Shown: positions 49,433-61,805 of the stretch, piece after piece
How the letters are laid out: each line of letters starts with the position of its first letter
Numbering within the stretch: the stretch's first letter is position 1
Source: Mytilus trossulus
Lineage: Eukaryota
Direction of reading: 5' to 3'
Length of the DNA stretch: 64,000 bases
Assembly (NCBI RefSeq): GCF_036588685.1
Contig: NC_086373.1
Coordinates: forward strand, 70,928,001 to 70,992,000
Program-made: the position numbers and the translations under genes
The notes under the pieces: generated by a model
Database searches by the model: none
What the model saw: the letters and a program-made list of their open reading frames with translations, nothing else
What the model was told of the DNA's origin: nothing

Positions 49433-49586
49433 CAGTGGCGGATCCAGAAATTTCCGTAAGTGGGGGCCCACTGGCTGCCTAAGAGGGGGGCCGATTTCGT
49501 CACCCTTCAGTAATTCCCTATATAAGCAACCACATTTTTTTCTCAAAGGGGGGGCTGAACCCCCCCCCCCCCTAAATCCGCCTCTG
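49433..49586. mobile_element. Short MITE
   Basis: CAGTGGCGGATCCAG / TAAATCCGCCTCTG inverted ends. Confidence 0.6.
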
Positions 49587-51004
49587 GATCATTAATTTTG
49601 ATTGACTGGTTCCGGAATCCACACACAAAAAATCATTCTTATACAAGTAAAATAGAGAATTAACTTAATTTTTAACCTATAACAAGAAAATGATAGACAT
49701 AGGAAAATCAATTTGTACGAGGACCATGTCTATTTATGTTTATGTTTATGTTTATGTTTATATCGTGTTTTGACGCAGGTAACCGTCGGTAGTTTTCCAC
49801 GGTCATCTCGCTGGATATTTGATAAGATGGTGTCAAGACTGAAAAACACAAAGTATCTTTTCTAGTATATGGACTTTTTACTCGGCCGGTTATTTAAAAC
49901 ATATTATAAGTTGGATATGTGTTAAAATTAGTATGTTATAAATCAAAATATGAGAATTTGAGTCAAATTGGTGGCTATGGTTTTGACACCTAGTGCCTCT
50001 TGTCGAGCTTTTGTTAAAAAAAAAATTTCTATCACTCTTGCTTCCAACTTGAAGTTTCCTTCTCTAATTTTCCGATATTACATTTTCTGTGTCAAAGTCG
50101 CTTTTACTTTTTTCGTGAGATTTACATTCACCATTTACTTTTACCAAATGCTGAAATGGTTTCTCTCACAAACTGTCCGACTGGACTGGTCAGTAGTGAA
50201 CAAAATGTAAAATTTGCAATAATTTCCGCCCTGTGAAGTTGAATAGACAATCCATGTGAAATAGTGCAGCCACGCGTATTTGAAGCATCTTTTAAACCCG
50301 CATTTTTCTCGTATGAAAAAGAAAGGAACTAGGTGGATTCCAGTTTTCATTTAGACTGCTAAACAATTGAGCATTATGCACTGTTGTGGAAATAAAGTTT
50401 GCAAGATCCTTAAATTAGATTCAGCAGCAGTCTTTGTAGTTGTAGAATTAAAAAAAAAAATCTTATGGATATTATAGGTGAAAAAGTATTGTTCTTTAAA
50501 TCAAATCTAAATTCTTCAGTTAAAAAAAACCGATGGTTTGATTATAAAACCTAAAAAGTAATACGATATAGAGATAACAGCCTTTGATTGTCTTAGATAA
50601 ATTCTTTGATTCTCTAGTTATTTATTTCCTCCCAGGTCAATTTAGTTATGGCATGTGTGTATTAATCGGATTGTACGTAAGTCACTTTATCAAATGCACA
50701 CTGGGTATTCAATTTAGTATAGTTAAAACAAGAAATAACTGATACTTAACGCATCTTTAACATCAAGTGTTTGTATGCTTTCTGCTTACACAAAAAAATA
50801 TTTTCAAGCTGGACCCCTCCCTTCTTAATACCTCCTTAAATCCGCTAGTGTACTGTTATACGTAATTATTTTCAAAGTTTGCAAAAGTGGTTGTTTTCAG
50901 GGAAAGACCCTGATAAACACTAAATTTCGTTCATTATTTTGTACATAAATCAAAACAATTAGTTTCTTCGTTTGAATTGTGATTCTTCGTTACATTTGTT
51001 GTTT

Positions 51005-51333
51005 TTATAGTGATATTAAGATGATAACACAATATTGACTGCTGTACCCCTATTTTTGACATTTTTACTCTTTGAGTATGTTTGTTTTGTTCATACATCG
51101 TTGACAATGTAATGGAATTTGATGCGACTGTCATACAAGTGAGAGGTTTAGCTAGCTATAAAACCAGGTTCAATCCACCATTTTCTACATTAGAAAATGC
51201 CTGTACCAAGTCAGGAATATGACAGTTGTTATCCATTCGTTTGATGTGTTTGGACTTTTGATTTTGCCTTTTGATTTTTGATTTTCCTTTTTGAATTTTC
51301 CTCGGAGTTCAGTATTTTTGTGTTTTTACTTTT
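51005..51333 (+). repeat. Interspersed SINE-like repeat, well preserved
   Basis: Homologous copies at 18590-18885 and 31610-31740, a related one at 900-1275. Confidence 0.7.
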
Positions 51334-53989
51334 AACATTTATCATTCCTGCTGGGTTTTTTTTTGGCTTTCTATGCAATATGGGTTTCGTTCATTGCTAA
51401 AAGCCGTAAGTTGATGTATGTTTTTTAAGTTTCTATGTCAGAGTTCTCCGGTGGAGAGTTGTCTCCGATGATTCGACAATTTTCAAAAATTAATTGTCTG
51501 TCTGTTAATTGTTTTATTGTTTGCTTGACACCAAGAAGGTACGGAACCACTATTCATAAAGTCATAAAGATTAATCAAGAAAGTAGTTAATATTCTAAAG
51601 AAAATACTTTCTACGCATAGCTGTAACTTTGAACAAATAGGTAATTTAGGTATCAAATGAAAGCTCCAACTCTTGGTCTCACTTTAGAACCCTTGAAGAA
51701 AGTTTGTCATGAATAATAATTAAAAATATATGAAATTATGATTGAGGCATATTTGCCCTGTTGCTCTCATCAGAAGTACATGTTGTGTCCTACACAACTT
51801 TCGGGAACCTGTTCGGTCTAATGTCACGGTGCAACTAAAGTTATAGTGAATTTTACAGCGCAATATAATCCGAATAAGGTATAGTTTTCTATGAAATTAC
51901 TACTTATGTATTTGAATTTGAGACAAAATAGTTATTAATGTTTAAAATTGCATGATTTAACATAGAAAGCAACGATGCTGCGCATCAGTAGTTTAATCAC
52001 AGGAAACACATTTGAAGCAAATACGTGTCTGCGTTACTGTGAAATTAATTCTTTCTTCACTCAGAAAATACAACAAAAAAGGAAGTTTTAAGTTAACCAG
52101 ATATGTGCAATATTTGTACGAGGTGATTTTCTGACACATTGACTTTAAAAAAACATGTCATATTTGCCACTGGACGTTGAACAGAAAGTAATCAAATTAA
52201 TCCGCTATCTTTAAAACAAAGCAAAACTGGATGTAATCAGATTCATCAGAGAAAAACAAAACAGTCATTTGACAGTACATTCGGAAAAGTAAGAGCTACG
52301 TTAACTAAAATGTAAGAATAAGACAGCAACCCAATTACAAAAATAACAGAAAGACATCAAGAAGGAGTTATCGCACCGCGGATAAACTATCACGTTGTGA
52401 TTGGTTTAAAGACGTCACGTGTTGACCCCCTATGAGACCGTAGTAGGTTAGTAACTTTGCTATCAGATTTGTATATGCGGATCATGCCGGCCTAGTGTAG
52501 ATGACATTGAAACATAGTTTTATAACTCTTTGTAATTATATTTCTTAATCCTTTTGACCGTCAGTCCTGTTCATATCTAAAAGAATTTTTATCAGTTTGT
52601 AGGAGTTATGCAATCTCCCATACAGACAAAATATTTTACTGATGATACGGCTAAGATCCTGAAAACAGTTTTATGTGGACAAACCAAAGTAAGAAATTAA
52701 CACCTCAAAGGAACATAAATATAACCTTACAAATATAAAATACTTGCAGTTTCTCAGATACCATTTCGCAAATTAAAATCACATCATGCAGAAAATGGTA
52801 ATGTATTCAAATAAAAGGTATTAAAAAAATCATCGAATTGAATGTAAGCAAGCTAGTATATACACGAAGCAAGCACTGATTTTAAATAGTGTCACCGCAA
52901 TGACTGTCTTGAAGATTAAAGCTAAAAATTAAATTAAACACTGCTTTTTTTAGTGTTTGGTAAGGTTGTCACTGTGCACCACAGTTCAACATAGAAACCA
53001 GAGAACTCTCAATGTCAGAAAACACTGTAAAATAGCCAAATATACTATCCACACCGATCTGTGTCCGCACTTGTATATTAGTCCAGCGGATATCAGAATA
53101 ATTGATCACTTTATGGTAAAAGCATGAAACTTGGCATAGTGAAAGATTAAGGGGTATAGACAAAATTCAGATATGGAGCCACGAAAAAAAATCCAATATG
53201 GCCGCCAAATTCAAGATGGCCGACATTAGTATAACATAATTCACTTGATGAAGTCTTCCAATTTCAATGTGTTCAGAAGATGTCACAAACTTATGGAAAT
53301 ACAATTAAGATATGTCAATTATTATTTTTTTTAAACCTTATAATACAGAAATCATCAAAATGGCGTCCAAATTCAAAATGGTGCATCAAAATGTCTAAGT
53401 TTGACAGTATTCGTATGTATACACCATCATTGTGTGATAGAAAGTTACCAAATCCGCGAAACTGATCATTTGATTTCGACAAAGGCCTACAATGTATCAT
53501 TAATGCCTGGGTGCATAGATAATATTTTCAAAATGGCGGCAATATTCAAAATGGCGCCGTTTAACATGTACAAATTTGACGTTTGTTTTTAAATATGGTA
53601 TACAAATGATTAAATAAATATAATGGATAATTTATTTCAATACAAGCACGTATATACAAACATATTATTATTTAATGTAACAGGTGACATTAACTATGAA
53701 ATAAAAATGGCCGATACAGTTCAAAATCGCGTCTTCGACGAGTTCTTATTTTTCACAGTTTCAGGTAATGACCTTAGAAAATTTCAAAATTTTCCTGAAA
53801 TGAAAAAAACCCAACATATGAAGTATTGAATCAGTACAGAGAGTATTTTTTTTTTAGAAATGAGATAAGAAATAAAAAAAAAAATCTCACAAGTAACTAT
53901 TTAACATAACAACAGATTAAAATTATAATTAAAATATGAAACAAATGCAGGGAAATCAAAAGAAAGCACAGTCACGTTCAGTTTCTCTT

Positions 53990-56214
53990 TCACAGTCCGG
54001 TAAGCAGTTGCATAATGCTGTGCATTTTAATGCTGCTTTCAAGAATTTACATGCTCATATACATCCTTTCTTACATCCACAGTGGATGAACTCTTGGCAT
54101 GACATTGAAGCTTCAGCAAGCACAGACCAGAATGGTACCCAAGTACCATCAAGTTTTTGCCAACCAAATAAATCTGGTGATGGCATACTTGAATTTGCAA
54201 CTAAACAATTGCGCCAAATAACACTACCTTGGTAAGCTGCACGTTTCGTATGTTCAATGAAGAAGTGCATCTCGTGATGGAGGAATATTGTCAATTGTTC
54301 TTGTCTTCTGCGTGAATAACTGTTTTCTAAACTCATTCACCATATTAGCTGTACTAGACCGATCATACAAAAGCACACTATATCGTTCTATTACTTCTAA
54401 CACTTTTAAAATTTCCACTTCATTTGGATTTTCAATTACCTGCAGAAATGCTTCTGACAACTCCTCATATACGAACCATGTATCCCAAGCTGATTTCGTA
54501 CCTTTCCCAGAAAAACCTGAGACTATGTCACAACCGGTAAATGAATGGAACAGTGGAAAGACTTTCAATTTCAATGGTCCTAGAGCAAGGCACAATCCAT
54601 GGAATATCTGGTTCGATGAATATTAGTACAGCTGGTGGAAGATTTGAATAACTCTCTGGTAAAAGAGACACTCTCTTTGACTGACATTTCAACATAGGTT
54701 CAGATTGGTCAATTGTTTGAAGAATGCCTTGAATATCCTCTGAAATATGTTGGAGTAAAGATATACCTGTACCATGGAATGAATCTTTTAACGAGATACT
54801 GCTATGTGATCAATGTTTTCTACAGCAGATGAAGTAAATACATTTTGTAGTGGATTGGTAGGGCAAACAATACCTTCTTTGACATAACGACGACAAGCAT
54901 CCTTGGCCATGGAAGTAGAAATTTCTAACACTCGGTCGTAGGAGACAGACAGTCCAAGATTGAGGAAAGTATCTACTAGATCACGTTTGCTAGTATTACA
55001 TGGATCATGATTCCCAAATAAGCACAAACTGGAGGTTCATGATCTTTCATGTGACGGTTGGATAGTTTCTTTGTACAACTATACATCATAAGATGTGCTA
55101 TTGTTAATGTCGACTGAGAATATGAACGATCCTGAATGTTGGGTCCAAATTGAATCATACTGACCAAAGTAAGCAATGCCTGGGGTACATAAGCTTCCTG
55201 ATATTCCTTTGGGAAGGTTCCTTTAAATTCTGAATTTGATGCGAAAATATCTTTACGAACAAACGTAGCTGCTTTTGATATGTTGACAAACTCATTATCA
55301 AAGTCTTCTAAGCAGACTCTCTTCAATGCAGGACCAATGTCATCTTTGAAAGCAAGAATGTTTTCAAGACCTTGTTTGTAAGCATCTAAGTTAGGGAAAT
55401 TACAATTCTGTTTTTTAGTCGTGTACTATTAACTCGAGATGAAACATCTGCACCTAGACATGTTATTCTTTCCATATTAAGTTTACATAGATCTGACAAT
55501 CTGAAAATGCAATACTATGGATTTGACTTTCCTTCTTAGATTTGACATTATCATTTTTTATTTCAATTTGAGATGTACGATTATATAAGGAAACAAAACA
55601 TTTAGAATGGTACTTTGCTTCCTTTGCAATCAGATCACCAGCACTTAACTTTGCAAGTAACAACGTGTCATTTAATTTTACTGCTCATTCTCTCACATGT
55701 GTATCCTGTCCAAACGTTGAGGACTCATGAAGGGGTCCTTGGCCATTTTCATTACAGAAAAAGCACACAGACGGGTTACTGGTGGACTGAACGGAAAAGC
55801 TATGTCTAGTTTTCTTTTAGATGTGGTTTCTTTATCATCTATTCTCTCATGTGAGGTTGGTTTTTCTGCTCTATCCAACTTTGTCCTGTTCAGTTTCAAG
55901 TTGCAAGATTTGTGCCAATATGCCTTTTGGTCAATGAAATACTGTGCTATTCCAGATCCCTCATCTAAATATAAGTTTTCAATGCACACATTAATGCCTT
56001 CAGGCATCAATCGTAATTCATGAAACTTCTAAATATTGTCAGCTAAAGATTGATAACCAGCACCATCATTGAGACGTTTAGAATCAAATGGGCATATACG
56101 TTTTTCATCTATTATTTCTTGGCATAGGATGCAATTTGCCCAATCAATATTATTTAACTTAGTTGGTTTGTCATATTCTACACTTGATACCCTGAACGTC
56201 TTTTCAGTAGCCAT
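53990..56214 (-). pseudogene. Fragmented Academ transposase ORF (XPG/FEN1-like nuclease plus Cys-rich finger)
   Basis: Successive frameshifted pieces: DWANCILCQ, WHKSC, GDLIAKEAKYHSKC, LGLSVSYDRVLEI, FHSFTGCDIVSGFSGKG (H3TH-like), IPPS..AL..HTKRAAYQG, CGCKKGC. Confidence 0.8.
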
Positions 56215-56270
56215 GTTGTAAGAAATATGATCGTAAATTAGTTTATATATTCCTTGTATATAACTTCTGT

Positions 56271-56314
56271 ATGCCAGACACGGGTTTCGTCTACAAATGA
56301 CGTATCAGTGACGC
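56271..56314 (-). pseudogene. Decayed hammerhead (family A) inside the Academ element
   Basis: Minus strand GCGTCA-CTGATAC-GTCATTTGTAGAC-GAAA-CCCGTG-TC-TGGCAT, followed by retrozyme-like flank up to ~56385. Confidence 0.6.
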
Positions 56315-57140
56315 TTGAATCGAAAAAGTTAAAAAGACAAACAATCTAATATTTGACGACCTGAAATCCTGAAAGTTTTGCAAAGCACAAATATTTGTTG
56401 ATTATTAATAGCTTTCTAGATATACACGATATAGTTTCTGATAATAAGACATTTGACGGCCATTTTGAATTTGTCGGCCATAAAGCAATTATTTTTGATT
56501 GTTCCATATTTAGAAAAGATTAATTAGCATCATAACTAGCAATACGCAATTTTTTTTGCTTTTATTTTCAAATGATCAATTATACCATTTTTTTTGTGAC
56601 TCTGCCTCATGACTGTTGGTTGCCATTTTGAATTTGTCGGCCATTATGGAATTATTTTGATTGTTACATATTCTGTAAAGATTAATAAGCACCATAAATA
56701 GCAATATGCAAAGTGTTGTGTTTTTATTTTCAATGATAAATTATACCATATTTTTGGACTCTGCCTCATGACTGTTGGTGGCCATTTTGAAATTGGCGGC
56801 CATTTTTGAATTATTTTTTTATTGTTCCATATTCAGAAAAGATTAATAATCATCATAATTAGCAATATGCAAAGTTTTGTGCTTTAATTTTCAAATGTAA
56901 AATTAAACTATATTTTTGGACTCTGCTTCATGACTGTTGGCGGCAATTTTGAAATTGGCGGCCATTGTGGAATTTTTTTGATGGCTCCATATCCAAAAAT
57001 GTTTATAAGCATCATAACTAACACTGTGCAAAGTTTCATGCTTTTACCATAAAGTGATCAATTGTCCCAAAATATTGGACTTAGCTGCTGGACTATATCT
57101 CGAATAAAAGATATTGGCAATGAGAAAACCTAAATTAATT

Positions 57141-60004
57141 CCCAGCAGGCACAAAACGTTGTATCAACGTTGATCCAAAGTCAGTCTTCAACGTTGTTAC
57201 AACGTTGAAACTTGGGTTAGTTTTGAAAGTTGTAATGACGTTGAAATTCTGACGTTGAATCAACGTTGCAGTTTAAACGTAGTATTGACGTTGATAACAT
57301 GTTGAAATCGGGTCCAGTGACGTTGAAATCAGGTCGGGATTAGGTTGAAATCAGATCTGGTTTAGGTTGATATCAGGTCGAGTTAGGTTGTAGTTGGGTC
57401 ATTTGTAGGTTGGTTGAAGTGATGGTTTTGGGATATACATTAATCCTTATTGGCACGTGTTCAAAAACAATATCAAGATACCTGATTTATGAAATGAAAA
57501 AGCCACTTTCAAGTTTTATTTCAAGTTAGTGTCCATCAACAGTTCCTTTCTCAACAGGGGACTCCAAAAGAGAAAAGTAGACAATAACAATCAGAAACAA
57601 AGTGAAGAGACAGTTACAATATCAAAATTTTATTTGAAACCAAATATATCAATATTAACAAAGCTTACTTTTCTAGCTCATCAATTTCTCAAAGCAAAGG
57701 AAAAAAGAAAAGCTTACTACAGCACACTGGTTTGATTCTGGTTGATCAAGTTTTCCAACTTATACAAAATTATGTAAATGCAGCAAATTTGACACAGTGA
57801 CACAAAATGCCTCCTTTGTTTTATGTGAATACATAGCAGGCAGGACCATAAAAAAGATGTTCTCATTTTAGGTTTTTGTAATCCGATATTTCATGTATTT
57901 ACTTCTTTTTAGTTGTCTTTTTTTCGTTTTTATTGATACTTGTTGATCTGAAATTTGACTTTTTGAGGGTATACCGTATGTTGGTTTTTTATTTATCTTG
58001 AAGGCATTTGGAACAAACCATACCATCAACAAGCTGTTTACTCATTCCATTCAATCATTATCTATACACCCGATACAATTGAGTAAACCGGAGAAAAAAA
58101 GATGCACTAAATAACGTATTTCTAAATTTCACTGCCTTTTTTAACTGCCACTAAATTAACTATAGAAATTAAAAAAAAGAGGTTTTTAAAATGAAAAATT
58201 TATTTTGTTTTAATGATTTATTCTTCTGGCCTAGAAACTCCTTCTGCTCTCTGTGGGGCACACTTCAAATGTCCTGATCACTGCTTGGATATTTTGGATT
58301 CTGGTGTCTCTTTGTGGCAAACTAGAACAGCATCTGAAAGCATGGAAAAGAAATAACATAAATTTGAATTACATAAATATAGTTGTGTACTTTTACAAGC
58401 CGGAAATGTTATCAAATTCTACCAATTATAAAACAATTATTTAAAATCATAGAAAACAACATGTTCATTTGAAACAATTGTACCAACTTGCATCAATAAC
58501 AAGACAAAGCATGAATCCTTTAAACCAGATCTGTGTTTGGCAATAACCATAATGTTCATATACAGATAAAACTATCAAAGATGAGAGGTATTTAACGAAA
58601 AAATCTAAAAGACCAAAATAGTGTTTAAGAGCAGACCATTTCTATGTGTGTCAGACACACCATATCGAGTTGTATTGGAACGAATGGCTAGTTTTCGATG
58701 ACACCCCCTCCCCCTTTTTCTGATATTACTGACTCTGTGCATGGCTAGATATGTTTTATGTTAGTTTGCTAATTAGAGGATATATGCAATCATGTTTTGA
58801 CATGAAACTGAATTAGACTCAGTAAGATAAGACCTTTTCATAATTTCTGTGAAGGTAAACATGCAGATAATCTGATAAATAATTTGAATGTGTTTGTTTA
58901 TATTATGATTCTTCGTTAATTTAACTGTAAAATAGACTTACGCTTATATCAAGAGGTTTATACAGAAAAGTCTTCTATCTTCTTTATATTCCTTAGACGC
59001 AGTTGTTCACTATTTGTTCATCAGTCTGGTGCGATAATTTCTCGAGGATGATTTTCAAATTTTTCTAAACGGATGTTAAAAAGAGGTGCGCGTGCTTGCG
59101 TGCGCATCCAAATGTAAATATTCGGAACTCCAGTTGAAAAACCGCGAAAATTTAAAAACTTCTCAATTATTATGTCTATTATGATTACATTGTACATCGA
59201 TGATATTTTAAGTTTATATATTAAATATCAATCGGTAAAAATAATTAAATAAATATACCGAATAATTTCACCTATTTATTTAATTGAATGAAAGCAATTA
59301 AAAAAATCGATTTGATTAAAAAAAATATAAACTAAGAATATATCATATTTATACAGATATACATCGAGATCTCCCAAAATATAGATAATTAATAAACCAA
59401 AATTAGATCTTCTTAATAATTGGTTAGAATTGATTTTTTTTAAGATACTTAAAAAATAAGCACAAAACAAAATTAATTTGAAAAAGCCAATTTGTTTTAT
59501 TGGTGATGTCTCCTGACCACTTGTTCTTGTCCAAAACTCCTTTCCATGCATAAACAATGCAATTCGGTCTACCCCCTTTTTTGTGGGATAATATGATTGA
59601 TTATAGGGATCATGGAAGCACGACAGGAGGAAACCCCCTCACGCTTATGGCAGTCAGTGGACCCCCTTATAAGTATTATAAATTCAAGATTAGACACTTA
59701 TTATCCAATCGTTTACAAATTCTGCAGCACTGCTCCTTGTTCGATCTGCTCATCCAATATATCTGTAACCTTCAATTTTGACAATAAGATTTTTCTGTCG
59801 CGATTGACTGACGTTAACCCAACGTTGAATTAACGTTGTTGTTTAAACGTTGATTTTAACGACGTAAATTCAACGTTGAAACAACGTTGTGAAGTCAACG
59901 TTGAATACCATAACGTTAGATCAACGTAGAATTTAGGTCGATCAACGTCACGACCATTTTTCAACCAAATTTCAACGTTGTCACAACGTTGAGTGCCCAC
60001 TGGG
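57141..60004. mobile_element. Non-autonomous TIR element with CAACGTTG subterminal arrays (EnSpm/CMC-like)
   Basis: CCCAGCAGGCAC / GTGCCCACTGGG ends. Many (A/G)ACGTT palindromic repeats at 57155-57330 and 59808-59992. TSD not evident. Confidence 0.75.
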
Positions 60005-61282
60005 AAGGGACATCATGAGAAAAATATACGGTCTTCAAAATTATTGAATGCTCTCAATCGTCACAAGTTAGGATTATATTCTGAAGAAACAATCGAAACT
60101 ATGTCATGTATATCCAATTCTCTAATTTATATTGAACAATTATGATACGAAGACGTTTCTGGTTGATAAAAGTTATGGATAGTCTATTTTATATTTTTAA
60201 GTAAAATTCAAGTACATCTGTCAAACTAGTATAGTTGAATTACAGGTTAAATGGTGAAAATGAAACCGTTTTTCAAGATAAAGCGGCGCAAAAGTGGTAT
60301 TGGCGCACATAGAATAAGATGCAAATAAAAAAAAATTTGTGTGGCTCAAACGGATATCAGCAAGACAATTTCTACGATGATACTGACTTAATATAAGCTG
60401 AAACAAGCTTGCAAATTTACAAAAGAATGTCTGGTGTGACAATCTGAAAATGTTATTAGTAAAACATAAAAGAGTTATAATTAATGTTTTCATTTTTAAA
60501 TAACATGTAATAAAAACAATCAAAAAAATCAAAACAATTCAACTAGATGCATTTAACAAATAATGTTTAATTTCACAGTTTGATCACATCAAAATGCATT
60601 TCCAAGCCCAAATGTATCCAATGATATTTATGTTATTTTAGAAGTTTCCCCCTTAACCAATCAATTACCTTGTTTTTACAGAAATTGTGTTATAAATAAT
60701 GTTGCATCCATGACAATAACCATATATCACTATACACCAATAGTTCCAGTATGTCTTATTTCCAGTCATTCCAAAGCTCTGTCCAGGACTACCTGACCAC
60801 TTTATCAGAGGGACTCAATTTTATTATCGTTTCTCGTGTTATATATATATATAGATTAGACTGTTGGTTTTCTATTAGTCATTGTTAGGGCCCTTTATAG
60901 CTTTTTGACCTATAATGGTTTACTATTCACAAATTGTGACTTGAATGGATAGTTGTCTAGTTGCCAGTAATACCAAATCTTTTATATCTATCCTGCAGAC
61001 ACACTTTGTTGAATCATCGTTGAATCTTTGTTGATTTTAGTTTAATCGTTGATCAACAAATATTCAACATTAAGTGTAATGGCCTGCCCATTAAGTTTAA
61101 CCGACGATTGGGCTCAAGCAACAAGACTATCAGGTGCTGATAATTTATTCTCAAACCAATCTAACAAATGGTAAAAAGCTGAAAAACAAATAAAATACAA
61201 TTTTACAATGTGTTGAATTAATGTTTCTAGTGCATGAAATGTCCAAAATAATTGATAGCACAGTCCGTTGAATCCGAGAAAA

Positions 61283-61615
61283 TGTTGTACTTTCAAGAAC
61301 GGTTACATATCCAGTATTTCACGGAGAAAAGGTTCAATTATACGGAAGGCAATTTGAAGGCTTTAATTACAATGTTTATAATAAACTCACTCTGTGGTTA
61401 GCCACGAATTGTGTCCAAGATGACGTCTCAACGAAATGTTCCTGGTGATCGTAATGACCTTGCAGTTTTCCTGTAACGGATACGTGAGAGTGAGGGAAAG
61501 GTAGCGACGGTACGATGTTTTAACGTTAAAGATGAATTATCCTCCTAGACTGGAACACATAAACAGATTAAGAATATAATCAAACGAACTATACAAATTA
61601 CGGAACGGTGTAACA
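61283..61615 (-). repeat. 3' LTR of the BEL/Pao element
   Basis: Minus strand TGTTAC..CAACA, preceded by PPT-like GACGGGGAG. Its first 81 nt match the copy at 63920-64000. Left boundary inferred. Confidence 0.7.
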
Positions 61616-61805
61616 GAATACTCCCCGTCTGATGTCTATCTGATATCACTATTCTATAAACTATTTGCGAATGAGAATAAGATCTAGATAAATGAATAAA
61701 TCCCAATATAAATTGAATATATACAGATGAAATAACCACTATAGGTCGTGTGAGAAATATCACGTCTCAACTTACGTCATTTCACTATAAAGTTTCCAGA
61801 ATAGA

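Larger units (their letters stand above)
53079..57095 (-). mobile_element. AcademX-type DNA transposon (4.0 kb, decayed)
   Basis: TAGTCCAGC..GCTGGACTA termini with long imperfect TIR (AATTGATCACTTTATGGTAAAAGCATGAAACTT), 3-bp TSD TAT, ~160-bp subterminal repeats at ~56450-56990. Confidence 0.85.
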
